Shown: positions 10,661 through 23,968, numbered from the stretch's first letter. The stretch: 64,000 nucleotides of DNA from an uncultured Chloroflexia bacterium (GCA_963825525.1 CAWGTN010000002.1:1312001-1376000); one strand, 5' to 3'. Notes: generated by a model from the letters alone, not told the origin. Program-made: numbers and translations.

Positions 10661-10939
10661 ATGGCAACGTTCACCACAAGCCGCGCATTCGGCTGGACTG
10701 CAGGCCTCGGACTGGTGCCGGCCGCCTGGCTGGTGGCGGGCATCGTCAGCACGTTTCTCCCCGATCCTGAGTCGTCCTTCGGTTGGGCGGTGCTCGTCAG
10801 CCTGACGGTGGTGATCGTTCTCGTGGCGTATTGGAGCGCGCGTCACGTCACATTCAGGGAAGGCGCCGTGCCGGGTTCACTCATTTCTCTGGCGGTCACG
10901 GTCGGCCTCGCCGGGCTCATCTTGCTTCTGGCACCGTGA
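10661..10939 (+). CDS. Small 3-TM membrane protein
   Basis: Three hydrophobic stretches; start at ATG 10661 or GTG 10604. Confidence 0.6.
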   Translation: MATFTTSRAFGWTAGLGLVPAAWLVAGIVSTFLPDPESSFGWAVLVSLTVVIVLVAYWSARHVTFREGAVPGSLISLAVTVGLAGLILLLAP

Positions 10940-11133
10940 TCGCCGCCGCGCTTCCGCCTCGATGGCGGCGCCGCCTGGAGCCGTGAGCCCCTGATCCGGT
11001 GAGAGGTGGCGCGCTCTGTCAACGTCCGCACGGGACTTCTGGCGCCGCGACCTAGCCAACCGGGTACCGCTGTACTAGTCTGGGCGACCAGCAGCTCTGG
11101 CCGGGGAGTGTCCATCCCCCGGGGCCGCCCACA

Positions 11134-14100
11134 GTGGGGAAACGTCCAAACGTGCCGAATACCTACCCGAGCAACTCCCCGTGGCCGCGCCGAGCCCGTC
11201 GCTCCAGCGCCGCACTTGTCCTCATCGGCGTGTTTGTCGTCACCCTGTTCATCGCCAACGCGCCGGCTCAGGCTGCACGACCCAAGCCGACCCCGACGCC
11301 GACGCCGACGAACTGCATCCTTGCCCCCGCGCTTCGGGATGTCACCGTCAACCAGGGCGTCGGCACCTACTCGCCCCTGGTGCGCGGCAAGGAGACCCTC
11401 GTACGGGCATACCTGAGCAAGCCGGCCTGCGCCTCGTCATCGGACGTGATCGAGCTCACCGGAGCAAGCCTGGCAGTGACTGCCGCCGGGGTCACCACCA
11501 CGATCGCCCAGCCCACGCCCGTGGTCCCGACGAATCCATCACCTCAGCTCGCGGCGTACTCCGTGGCAGCCCTCGCCGACTCGACGGCTGACCCGTTGTG
11601 GGTCGTCCCCGGTTCATTGCTCGCGCCCGCCGGCACGCTGGCGCGCTTCACCGCGACGTTCTCCATGACGATCAGCTACCGCGTCGGCGGGACGACGCAG
11701 TCCGCGACGTTCACGACCAGGACCGGCTCCTCCACCCCGATCACGGCCACGGTCGAGAAGCAGACGAACGCATTTCGCGTCCTGGTCGTGCCGATGGGCA
11801 ACGCTCGGCAACCGTTCGCCGAGACGTACACCTCCGCGGGCGATGCCGCGCTCCAGGCAGCCATGCTCACGGTCTCTCGCATCTTCCCGGTTCCGGACGG
11901 CGTCGGATCGCTGACCGGCACCACCGGCGGGCTGCGCTACTCGGTGTCGCCGGGGATGCTGGACCTCTCGGATCTCCTGGGCAGCGATGGCCGGTTCTGC
12001 GGAACAGGCGGATCGTCGGGCAACTTCAATGCCATCAAGGCCTCGCTCGGGCAGTTCCTCCAGTCGTGGAACGCGGCCAACGGACCGGACCACCAGGCTG
12101 ATCGGGTGCTCGGTGTGGTCGATGGCTCGTTCAGCAACGGGTCGAGCGCCGGCTGCGCCGAGGGCATGGCGGCCATCGATTCCACCGAAGCCTGGATCCG
12201 TGCCGTGCCCGAGGCAAGCGGCGCACCGTCCCAGAGCGGCCTCGTGGCGGCGCTCGAGCTGGGGCACACGTTCGGATTGGTCCCTGACGCTCGGGATGAT
12301 CTGTTCAGCCGCTATCACTCGCCGAATCCCTTCGCCGATCCGCTGCGGCAGAACCGGAGCTACAACACGCGGCTGCGGACCCTGCTCTACGAGGACCGCA
12401 CCTCGATGACCTACGTGAGCGCGGCGAACAACAACAACACCCTGCTCGAGCAGGCGGACTGGGCGTACCTGATCTGCAAGCTGGGTGGTGCGACGAACGC
12501 CGAGTGCCCGACCCAGTCCGTCCCCGTTGGATCCGGTGCCGGCGTCGCGGCCGGCCCGCGATTCGTGATCTCTGGAGTGACTGACGGCACGGCGGCCGGC
12601 ACGAATGTCCTGGAGTCGTTCTTCAGTGCCGACATGCTGCCGACCGCCGAGGATCCGGCCTCGCCGTACCGACTCGTGTACCTGCTCGGGAACACCGTCC
12701 TCAGAGACATCGGGGTGCCGACGACGGACGAGGACTCCGCGCACGACCACGAGGGCGACGCGCACGAGGATCCCGGGCTTTCACTGTTCTCTGCCGCCTT
12801 CGACTTCAGCGAGGGCGCGGACCGCATCGAGCTTCGATCGGGAAGCGTGGTCCTGTACGCGCGTGACCGCAACGAGGTTCCGAGCCTCGACAGCCTCACC
12901 GTGGTCGGTGGGGCTGATGGCGCCCAGAACTACACCAACAATCCCTCGCTCGAGGACATCGAGCCGGCGATCAGCGCCGACGGACAGTGGGTCGCCTGGG
13001 CCGCGTACGTCGACACCGAGGGCGGATTCGACTACAGCGTTCGCGTCGCGCCGGTCGGCGATTCCGAATCAGCCACCGTCCTGGACGACGGCGAGATCGA
13101 CATCCCGTCATTCCAGCCAGCCTGGTGCTCGGACGGCGATCGGCTGGCCTACGCCGATGATGGCGGCGACCTCTGGATCGTCGACGTGGACACCAGCGAA
13201 GTCCCGGTCAGCTTCGGCTCGCCCGAGCTTCTCTACAGCGGGGACTTCTTCGAGGGCCCACCCGGCGCGAGCCACCCGACGTGGTCACCCGATTGCTCAC
13301 AGCTCGCCTTCGAGGCCGATGACGACATCTGGCGCATCGACGCCGAGGGCTCGGACCTGGTCGCCCTCACCGACGACGACCTGTCGCACGACCCGAGCTG
13401 GTCGCCGGACCCGGAGGACAACCGAATCGCCTTCGCCCGCGACTTCGAGGGCGAGGCGTTCGCCGGCCCGACCCTGGCCTCATTCGTGGAGCCTGGGCGC
13501 GGCCGGATGAAGACGCTGGCGTCGCATCTCGGTGTCCACTTCGTCGTCAACTCGACGGACGACGTTGACACGGCAACCTGTGATGCGACCCACTGCTCAC
13601 TGCGGGAGGCGATCACGGCCGCGAACGGCACCGCCAATGTCGACGGGCCAGACGTCATCGAGTTCAACATTCCGGGCACAGGGCCGCACACGATCTCACC
13701 CGACAGTGCACTGCCCGCCATCACCGACGACGTGCTCATCGACGGCACAACGGAACCGGACTACGCCGGTACGCCAGCGATCGAGATCGACGGATCGAGC
13801 GCGGGCGAGGCGGTCAGCGGCCTCCTGATCGGCTCGGCGACGACCGGCGTCACCATCCGAGGGCTCGCCGTGAACCGCTTCGACGGTGACGGCATGGTGA
13901 TCTCCGGCGACGGAGCCGCAATCGAGGGCAGCTACATCGGGCTCGGGACCGATGGCAGCACCGCGGCCGGGAACGGCGGTCGCGGCATCTTCGCGCCCGG
14001 CGCCCAGGACCTGCGCATCGGCGTTGGAGCGGACGTCGGAACCGGAAACGTCATCTCCGGCAACGGCGGGCACGGGATCTACATCCTTGGCGGCACGGCC

Positions 14101-17100
14101 CTCGACCCGGTGACCGGGACGGTCATCGGCGGCAATCTCATCGGGACCGACGCGGCAGGCACCACCGCCGTGGGCAACAGCCTGTACGGGCTGTTCCTCG
14201 CCGAATTCACCCAGGGTGCCCAGGTCGGCGGCCTCACGGCGGCCACGCGCAACGTGATCTCCGGAAACATCTTCGGGGTGGTCATCGCCGGCGCCGGGAC
14301 GAACGCGAACGTGCTCGAGGGGAACTACATCGGCACCGACACCACCGGCGCACTCGGCCTCGGGAACACTTCGACGGGCATCGAGATCACCGGGTCGGGC
14401 GGCAACTTCATCGGCGGCGGCGCCGCGGGGGCGGGCAACGTCATCAGCGGGAACGGCGGCAAGGGCATCCGCATCACGGGGAGCGCCTACAACAACCAGA
14501 TCTATGGCAACCGCATCGGCACCGACGGCACCGGCGAGGTCGCCGTCGGCAATGCGAGCGATGGGATCGCTCTCGACGGCGCCGAGGAGACGCGGGTGGG
14601 GGGCGCCTCGACCCAGAACATCATCGCCTTCAACGGAGAGGCCGGAATCCGCGTCATCGACGGTACCGGCAACACGTTCCGCGCCAACAGCATTCATGAC
14701 AACGCGACCCTCGGCATCGACATCGGAGCGGAGGGCGTGACGCCCAACGACCCGGATGACGCGGACAGCGGAGCGAACGACCTCCAGAACTTCCCGGTCA
14801 TCACCAGCGCCGTCGACGATGGGTCGTCGGTCACGGTCGAGGGCACGATCGACAGCGTCCCGGACGCCACGATCACCGTCGACCTCTACGTCAGCAGCGG
14901 CTGCGACGGAAGTGGCAACGGTGAAGGCACAACGTACCTTGGCGAGGTGCTTGCCAACACGGATGCGTCGGGAGATGCGACCTTCAGTCGCGCCGGCCTG
15001 AGCGCATCGATCGGCGAGGTGATCACCGCCACCGGCAGCGAGGGGGACGGCAATAGCACGTCCGAGTTCTCGGCCTGCTTTACCGTCACCGGTCCGGCGA
15101 CCCCGACATTCACGGTGAACACCGCCGATGACCACGACGACGGCGAGTGCACGACGGCCGACTGCAGCCTGCGCGAGGCGATCGATCGCGCCAACGCGGA
15201 GCCCGGCATCGACACGATCTCCTTCGAGATCGGTTTGGGCGGCGCTCAGACGATCACCGTGACCGAGGTTGACCTGCCGGAGGTCACCGAGACCGTGATC
15301 ATCGACGGCGAGACCCAGGCCGGCTTCGACGCCGAGCCGCTCATCCGGATCGACGGCGGCGAGGATGTCGAACTCGGGCTGGTGGTCGCGTCGCCCGCCG
15401 CCGATACCGTCATTCGCGGCCTCCTGGTCACCGGCTTCACAGGCAACGGCATCGAGCTGCATGCCGCCGATACGACCCTCGAGCGAAGCTGGATCGGGGT
15501 CGACCACCTCGGTGCCGCTGCGGGCAACGGCGGCGCCGGAGCCTTCGTGAACGGCCCACGTGCCACGCTCGCCGGTAGCGTCTTCTCGGCCAACGCCGGG
15601 CACGGCCTGCTCGTCTACGCCAATGACCTGCTGCTCACCGGCAGCCGCATCGGCACCGATCCGACGGGAACCGTCGACCTGGGGAACGGCGAGGACGGCG
15701 TGCACATCGTGTTCGCCTGGGACGCGATCCTCGGCGGCCCCGGTGCCCTCGGGAACGTGATCAGCGGCAACGCGGATGATGGCGTCGAGATCAGCAACGG
15801 CGGTGAGGGCGACTCCGGCAACCATCGAGTCTGGGGCAACCTCATCGGCGTTGACGCGACCGGAACCGCGGCCCTGCCGAACGGCGGCCACGGGATCAAC
15901 CTGCGCGGCGTAGGCGAGACGTACGTCGGCGATGTGCCGAACGGCGACGACGAACCGGCGTCGAATGTCATCAGCGGGAACGCGGGATCCGGGATCTACC
16001 TGATCAGCGCTGAGTACGACCTCCAGTTCCATGGCAACCTCATCGGGACCGATGTGACCGGCACGCTGGCCATCGGCAACGGTGAATCGGGAATCTTCAT
16101 CGACCTATCCACCGACGCCAGCATCGGCGCGGGTGACGCCCAGACGCGGAACGTCATCAGCGGCAACGCGGTCGGGATCACGCTGCGCAGAACGGATTTC
16201 TCATCCTTCGTGCTCGGCAACTACATCGGCACCGATGCCTCCGGCACCGCGGCCATCCCGAACGGCATCGGCATCGTCCTCGACGCGGCGACGGACGAGC
16301 GCATCGGCGGGTTCTTCGAGGGTGACGCCAACGTCATCAGCGGCAACACCGGCGACGGCATCTATGTCGCGGGTGACGGCGAGGACGATATCGTCCGCGG
16401 ACGCGAACGACATCTGGGGCAACCTCATCGGCACCGATGTGACTGGCACGCTCCCGCTGGGCAACGGCGGCAATGGCATCACGCTCGACTTCGCGACCAA
16501 TGACAACAACATCGACGGGAATGTCATTGCAGACAACGCGGGCAACGGGATCAGCATCGTCACCTCGTACGGCAACGTGATCCAGGACAACTTCATCGGC
16601 ACAGACGCCGGACTGACAGAATCCCTGGGCAACGCGCTGGCCGGCGTGCGAATCACCGGCCCGAGCCGGGGGCAACCAGGTCGGGGCCGACCATGTCGGC
16701 ACGGCAGTCAGCTGGTCCCGGCAACGTCATCGCGCACAACGGCGGCAACGGCGTCGAGGTGCTCCAGGGCACGGGAGATCCCGGTCCCGATGCCGACTTC
16801 ACGTCGATCCTGTCGAATGCCATCTGGGACAACGGCGGGCTGGGGATCGACCTCGAGGCCGACGGTGTCACCGAGAACGACCTTGGCGACGACGACGACG
16901 CGTCGAATGACCTCAAGAACTTCCCCGATGACATCACCGCCGCGAGTGACGGCTTCGGGACGTACGGAACGATCACGACCTACTCGTCGGCATCTGCCGA
17001 GATCATCATCTTCCAGCTCTATGCGAACGACTCGTGCGACCCGAGCGGGAACGGCGAGGGCCAGCGGCTGCTCGACACGTACGTTACGACCGCGAACGCC

Positions 17101-18552
17101 GACGGCTTCGCCGAGGCCGGCTTCTTCCTCTCCGAGGACCTCGCCGGCCAGTACCTGACCGCAACGGTGGCCGACAACCAGGGACAGACGTCCGAGTTCT
17201 CCGATTGCTTCCTCGTCACCTTCGACTCCGGCGAGCCCGATCGCGAGATCTACCTGCTTGACCCGGTCGAGGATGGGGACATCGAGTACGTGACCGACGG
17301 CGACGAGCCGTTCTGGGGTGATGGCGGAATCCTCTACACCCTGGCCGGCGGCATCCGGAACATCCAGCCCGATGCAAGCGGTGACGAGCAGATCACCGAT
17401 GGCTCGGACCACGCCTCGCCGACCAGCGGGGGCGGGGTCATCGGCTACTCGGCATCCGGCGAGGGAGACGCGGAGATCTTCCTGATCACCTCGGCCAACC
17501 TCATCCTCGTGTCGGCAACCGACGATCAGCCGGAGGACCTGCGGCTCGATCTGTACTACTCGTGCGGTGGCCAGGTCATGCCGATTGCCGTGGGCCTGCT
17601 GCCGGCGCAGAGCAGCGGACAGACGGCCAGCTTCCAGTACAACTTCGACTCGAGCCTGAGCTGCTCGGGCGGCGAGATCCTTGCCGCATTGACCGATGGG
17701 TTCTCGCGCGCGGTCACACCGAACGGTGCCGGCGAGCCGGTCTCAGCGACCAGGAAGCCGCCGGTGGCCGCCACCTATGGGCCGCCCCTCGGTTCGACGT
17801 ATCTGACGTCGGACGTGATCCCGTTCCACGGGGCAGGTGAGGATGCCGATGACGGTCCCCTCGTGGGCGATAGCCTCGAGTGGTTCATTCGGCCGGAAGC
17901 CGATCCGTGCTGTGGGACGTTCGTCGGCACCGGTGAGCAGGTCGATCTTGCCGCGGCCACCCTTGCGCCGGGCGACTACATCGTCACGCTGGTGGTCACC
18001 GACAGCGACGGCGAGTCCGACAGCGCCGAGTCGCTCATCCACGTTCTCAAGGACACCGACAACGACGGCTTCAGCGACGCCGACGAGTCGACGACGACGT
18101 GCCTCGGAGCCAGTGCGGCGACCGACGGCAGCACGCCGTCGGGTGACGCCGACTCCGACGGAATCCCGAACGGCAGCGACCCGGAGCCTTGTGTCCGGGC
18201 CGCGGTCGACGTGCAGGCGACCGCCGACTTCGATCCCGAGATCTTCAGCATCAAGACGAACGGCACGTGGGTCACGATCTACATCCGCACGCCGGGTCGC
18301 GATATCCGGCAGGTCATCCCGTCGTCGGTGCGCATCGTCGAAATCGCGGGGGCGACGGTGAACATGGCGAACGAGGGGATCTCGTATCGCGGCGACGAGA
18401 TCGTGGCCAAGTTCCGTCGCTCGACCCTCGCCGAATACTTCATATCCCGCGGGATCAGGAACGGCAACGTCCTGATCACGGTCCGTGGAACCTCGAACAC
18501 TGCCCCGTCGTGGAGCTTCGAGGCCAGCGACACGACCCTGGTCAAACCCTAA
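11134..18552 (+). CDS. Giant secreted/surface protein (~2450 aa): metalloprotease-like N-terminus, PD40 propeller, two CSLREA plus beta-helix modules, Ig/PKD-like C-terminus; frameshifted near 16400 and 16680
   Basis: Signal peptide plus PT linker; CSLREA twice; repeated NVISGN/GNYIGTD; PAISADG/HPTWSPD; ORFs 11134-16503, 16082-17158 (part) and 16693-18552 continue the same repeat pattern. Confidence 0.85.
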
Positions 18553-18565
18553 GGAGGTGCCTTCA

Positions 18566-19021
18566 ATGCGTAAATTCTTCACCGCCACCGCCACGGCCGG
18601 GCTGCTGCTCGGTGCGATGGCAATGCCGGTTGCCGCCGCAGGGCCTGCCTGCTCGCAATTCATCTCCCAGAACGCCAATGGGACGCCAAGCAGTGCCGCC
18701 TACTACGGCGAAGAGGACCGCGTCATTGGACGATTCTTCCTCGCCGGGAACGCCTGCAAGCAGGTCACGTACACCATGTACGTCCTCGACAACGAGGGCG
18801 ACTCCGCACCGATCGCGATTGCATCGGTGACGGGTGACTCGTCAGCGAACGAGGCGTTCGTCATCATCGAAGCGACGGATGTCGTTTCGGCCGACGCCGA
18901 CGTCTGTGTCTACATCACGGCCACGATCGGCAAGCAGAAGGTCACCGATCGGGCGCCCGACGACGGCTGCGTCCCCCTCCCTGACGACGGATCCACCCCG
19001 GGCGGGGGCAAGGGCTTCTGA
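18566..19021 (+). CDS. Secreted Cys-containing hypothetical protein
   Basis: Strong RBS AAGGAGG at 18551-18557; signal peptide MRKFF...AMPVAAA; four Cys. Confidence 0.8.
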   Translation: MRKFFTATATAGLLLGAMAMPVAAAGPACSQFISQNANGTPSSAAYYGEEDRVIGRFFLAGNACKQVTYTMYVLDNEGDSAPIAIASVTGDSSANEAFVIIEATDVVSADADVCVYITATIGKQKVTDRAPDDGCVPLPDDGSTPGGGKGF

Positions 19022-19023
19022 CC

Positions 19024-22000
19024 CTAGGCGTCCTCGACGCCGGACAGCTCAACCACCCGGGCGGCCGATTCGGTCGCCCGGGTCTCGTTTCCCGCCGCTC
19101 GCCAGGCGCGCTCTGCCAGCTCGAATGCCTCTGCCGCGCCGGGACGCGCATCGGCGGCCAGGAACAGCTCGGCCGATGACTCGGCCAGTCGGGCAGCCTC
19201 GTCGAAATCGCCGCGCGCCAGGCTGATCTCGCCCAGGATCTGGACCGAGTCGGCGCGCGTCATGGCATGGTCGATCTCCTCGGCCAGGTCATGGGCACGC
19301 TGCGCATACTCCGTGGCCTCGTCGAGCACGTCAGCGCGCCGCAGCTTGTCGGCGAGGTTCGCGTAGCCGATCGCCCGGCCGGCCCCGTGCCGCACGCGTT
19401 CGAACGTCGCGATCGCCTGCCGGTCGCAGATGATCGCCTCGTCCATGTTGCCCCGGTCCCGCTCGACCAGGCCCAGGTTGATGAGCGCCCCGCCGATCGC
19501 CTCCACGCTGCCGATCCGGCGCGCCAGCTCCAGGTCACGTCGCAATGAGGCGGCGGCGTCCTCCAGGCGACCCAGGCTCTGCTGGATGAGGCCCAGCACG
19601 CGGAGCACCGTCGTCTCGGCACGCAGGTCGGCGTGCTCGTGCGCGATGAGCAGCGCACGCTCCGCGTGCTCCAGGGCAGGGAGCAGGGATCCGGCGTACG
19701 ACTCGGCGCGCGCAAGCTCGATGAGCAGCTGCCCGGCCACCGGATCCGAGGCGTCGGGTGCCACCGCGATGCCCTTCTCGAGCGCGGCGATCGCGTCGCC
19801 CATCGCCTCGGCCGAGGTGAGGTTCCAGCCCCGCTCCAGCCACAGCGGCCGGAGGTCCGCATCGGCCAGGTCCGGATGGACGAACGCTTCGTCGAGCACC
19901 CGCATCGCCGCGTGATAGGCGCCGCGCGTCCGATGGACGGACGCCAGCCCGCGCCACGCTCGCACGTCGGGACCCTGTTCGAGAGCGCGCTGGTACGTCC
20001 CCTGGGCATCCTCGTACGCACCGACCAGCTCCTGGAGGTCGCCCAGCTCGAGCCGGATCTCGAGCAGCCGGTCCGATGGCTCCGGTCCGGATGCCAGCTC
20101 CTCGGCGCGGCGCAGGTGAATGATCGCCTCCTCGTTCGCGAAGAGGCGCTTGGCGCGCGTCGCGGCGCGCATGAGGAACTCGACCGCGCGCGGTCCCGCC
20201 CCGCCAAGGTAGAGGTGCCGGGCCAACAGCTCGATGCTGTCATCGCTCGTCCCGTACATCTCCTCCGCCGCCTCGGCGGTCCGGCGATGCAGCTCGCGTC
20301 GCCGTCGGCGCAGGAGACGCCCGTATGCCACGTCACCGATCAACGCGTGGTGGAACATCACGATCCGATCCGGACCGCCCCCGTCGACAGTGAGCGGGTC
20401 GAGCAGGCCGGCCCCGAGCAGCTCATCGAGGTCGGATGCAACCTGCTGCGCGTCCCCGGCAACGCGCTCGAGCAGCGGGACGGCAACGCGTCGGCCGATC
20501 ACGGACGCCACGGCCAGGGTCGCCTGGGCGGACGACCCGAGCGCATCCAGCCGAACGGCCAGGACGCCCTCGATGGTCGCCGGCACCTCCGAGGCATTCC
20601 ATTCGGAGCGCAGGCTCCACGCACCGGCTTCGTCGCGGTGGAGGGTCCCCGCATCCTGGAGGGATCGCACGATCTCCTGGGCAAAGAACGGGTTGCCGGC
20701 GGACCGTTCGAAGATCATCTCGGCCAGCCCTGGAGGGGCTGCGTCGCCGATGACGTGATCGACCAGCTGCCCGATGGCCGCGGAATCGAGCTGACCGACG
20801 TCGATGATGACCGTCTCCGGGTGTCCCTCGGTTGAAGCCAGCCATCCGGGTACGGGGGGCCGGCTCGTGACGTAGGTCCCGACCGCCACCTCGGCTCCGA
20901 GCGTCGTGAGCTCATCGATGAGGCCCACGCTCGATGCATCGGCCCAGTGGGCGTCCTCGATCGCGAGCATCACCGGAGCCGCCGCGGCGCGGGCCGCGAG
21001 CCACGAGCGCACCGCATCGTGCAGGCCGCGTCGCAGCGCCTCGGGCTCGAGGTCGTCCAGCTCCCCATGCGCAGACAGTCCGATGAGCCGCCCCACGTAC
21101 GGCGCCGCGGACCGGGACGCCGAGCGCCAGCATGCGCGGTCTGGATGCGAGCGGCGGCATCCTCGCCGCCCTCGTCCGGGCCGATGCCCAGCTCGCGGCG
21201 CAACAGGTCGGCAAAGGGCCAGTAGGCGAGGCCTGCCCCGTACGACACGCAGCGTGCCTCGATCCAATCGATCCCGCGCTCGACCGCCGATCGGCGAATC
21301 TCCTCCGTCAGGCGCGACTTTCCGACCCCCGGCTCGCCGACCAGGCCCAGGAACCCCGTGCCGGACCCTCCGGCCAGCCGCTCGAGCGTCGACCTCGCCA
21401 GGTCCAGCTCCCGGTCGCGCCCGACCAGCGGGGCGTGGCGTCGACCCACCAGCCCGGACCGCTGGTCGGCCGCGTCCCGCACGCCCATCAGCCGCCACGC
21501 CGGCACCGGTTCCGCCTTGCCCTTCAAGGTCAGCGGCGGCACCGGGACCATCTCGAATCGGTCCTGGGCGAGCTCATAGGTGGCCTGGCTGACGTAGGTC
21601 TGCCCGGATGGGGTGGCCGACTCTAGTCGCTGCGCGAGGATCACCGAGTCGCCCAGGACGGCGTAGTCCATCCGCACCTTGCTGCCGATCATGCGCGCGA
21701 TCCCGCGTCCCGACGCGATGCCGATGTGGAGCGTCAAACCCTCGCCGTTCTCGCCCATCGTCTCCCGCAGCCGCGCCAGATCGCGATGCATCTCGATCGA
21801 GACCTGGATGGCTCGCGTGGCGTCGTCCTCGTGCGCGATCGGAGCACCGAACAGGGCAAGGAGCGCATCGCCCGCAAACTTCTCGACGTAACCGCCGTAC
21901 CTGCCCACGAGATCCGAGAGTGCCGTGATGATCGGGTCGATCACCTCCAGCAGTTCTTCGGCATCGAGCTTCTCCGAGAGCGGAGTGAATCCCGAGAGGT

Positions 22001-22265
22001 CGGCGAACATCGCGGTGATCAGGCGCCGCTCCTCGGTCATGCCCGCGCCGGTCGGGTCGATGCGGTCTGACGCGAACGCCGTGAGCGCGGCCTCGCGCTC
22101 GTCCTCCGGTTCGGGTGCTGGAGCGGCCAGCGGCTTCGCGACGGGCTCCGTGGCATCGTGCGCCGGCGTCGGCGAGGTGGCGGCCACGGGCGTGCCGCAA
22201 TGCCCGCAGAAGCGCATCCCCTCCGGATTCTCGCCACCGCACGATGCGCACTGCCAGACCGCCAT
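19024..22265 (-). CDS. Class III adenylate/guanylate cyclase with double zinc ribbon, AAA (STAND-like) and TPR domains; frameshifted near 21100-21140
   Basis: CASCG..FCGHCG; FADLSGFT; KFAGDALLALFG; GEPGVGKSRL; IEDAHWAD; GNPFF; FHHALI; TPR-like C-terminus. Confidence 0.88.
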
Positions 22266-22384
22266 GCGAGGCATCGTAGCCGCCATGGCAGGTGCGATGA
22301 CACTTCCCGGGGGAGCGGCGATGCACCCGACCGACGACGCTGACCCGCCCATCGTGCGCGCACATCGGCTACGCTCGGAGGACC

Positions 22385-23597
22385 GTGCCTCCTGCCGACA
22401 GACACAGCGAACCGCCTGGAACTGGCGAAGCGACGCCGCCAGTTGATGAAGAGCGCGACTCCGCGCTGCTGCGGGGAGAGGTCGTCTTCCGACTGCTCAT
22501 CGAGGCGGTCGTCGACTATGCGATCTTCCTGCTCGGGCCCGATGGGCGGGTGCTGACGTGGAACCTGGGTGCCCAGCGCATCAAGGGCTATGCCGCCGAG
22601 GAGATCATCGGACGTCACTTCTCCGAGTTCTACACGCCGGAAGACCGCGCGGCCGGGCGACCCCAGATGATCCTGGCGCGAGCCGCCGAGGAGGGCCGCA
22701 TTCGAGGACGAGGGGTGGCGCGTGCGCAGGGACGGGTCGCGCTTCTGGGCTGATGTCGTCATCACCGCGCTGCGTGACGGCCCCGGCTCGCCGCCGTATG
22801 CATTCACCAAGATCACCCGTGACCTGACCGAGCGTCGTAAAGCCGAGGAGCAGCGGCGGAATCTCGAGGCGGAACAACGCGCGAGGTCAGCCGCGGAAGA
22901 GGCCCTGGCGGCCCGGGATCGCTTTCTGAGCATCGCGTCACATGAGCTGAAGACACCGGTCGCCAGCCTCCAGGTATCGATTGAGGCACTCCTTCGCGCT
23001 AAGGAGCACGAGCGCCTCGACGAACGCCGTCTCGACGGCGGCCTGCGGCGCATGGCCACGGCCACGACTCGACTGGGCGAGCTCGTGAACGAGCTGCTCG
23101 ACGTCTCGCAGCTGACGTCCGGTCGCCAGACGGAGCATCGGGAGCTCACCGATCTCGTCGGGCTGGTGAATGAGACCGCCTCCCGCTTCAGGGACAGCGA
23201 CGACGACGCCCGAATCACGGTCAGGGCGCCGTCCCCCGTCCGCGCCGAGGTGGATCCCGCACGCCTCGACCAGGTTGTGACGAACCTGCTGGACAACGCG
23301 CTGAAGTATTCCCGGTCCTCGGAGCCGGTCGAGGTGGATGTCGTGGGGGGCCCACACGGCATCGAGATCCGCGTCGCCGATCGTGGGATCGGCCTGGATG
23401 CATCGATGGAGGGCAGGCTCTTCGAGGCCTTCGGGCGCGGCGCCAACGCCGAGCATTACCAGGGCCTCGGACTCGGGCTGTACATCTCGCAGCAGATCGT
23501 CGTACGCCATGGCGGTTCCATCGAGGCTCGCGGCCGCAGCGACGGACCGGGGGCGATCTTCACCGTCCACCTGCCCGACCCGGGAGGGTCGGAATGA
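22385..23597 (+). CDS. PAS-domain sensor histidine kinase; frameshift at ~22700
   Basis: DYAIFLL..WNLGAQRIKGY PAS; SHELKTP H-box; NLLDNALKY; DRGIG; GLGLGL. Confidence 0.88.
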
Positions 23598-23968
23598 GCG
23601 TCACTCGGGTCCTGGTGGTCGAGGACGACACGATCCTGCGCGAGACCCTGGCCGAGGTGATGAGCGACGAGGGCCACGAGGTCCGAAGCGCCGCCGACGG
23701 CCAGGCCGCCCTGGATGTTCTGGCTCAGTGGGAGCCGGACGTCATCCTGCTCGACCTCATGATGCCGCGCATGGACGCCGACGAATTCCGTCGACGACAG
23801 CGCGCCGATGCCCTCGCGAGCGGGGCACGCGTGCTCATCGTCTCGGCAGCCCGGGACGTCGAATCGGCCGCCGCCCGTCTCGATGCGGATGGTTGGCTGG
23901 CCAAACCGTTCCGATTGCTCGAGGTCATCGAGGCGGTCGAGCGCCTTGTCCCCGATCGGGGTGCCTGA
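23594..23968 (+). CDS. Single-domain response regulator
   Basis: VLVVEDD, LLDLMMP, AKPF. Confidence 0.92.
   Translation: MSVTRVLVVEDDTILRETLAEVMSDEGHEVRSAADGQAALDVLAQWEPDVILLDLMMPRMDADEFRRRQRADALASGARVLIVSAARDVESAAARLDADGWLAKPFRLLEVIEAVERLVPDRGA

Noticed and set aside
13696-16032. Long antisense and alternative-frame ORFs (e.g. 778 aa here, 512 aa at 52199-53737, 455 aa at 62373-63740)
   Set aside because: These are shadow ORFs expected from high GC3 codon bias opposite well-supported genes; they have no recognisable motifs.
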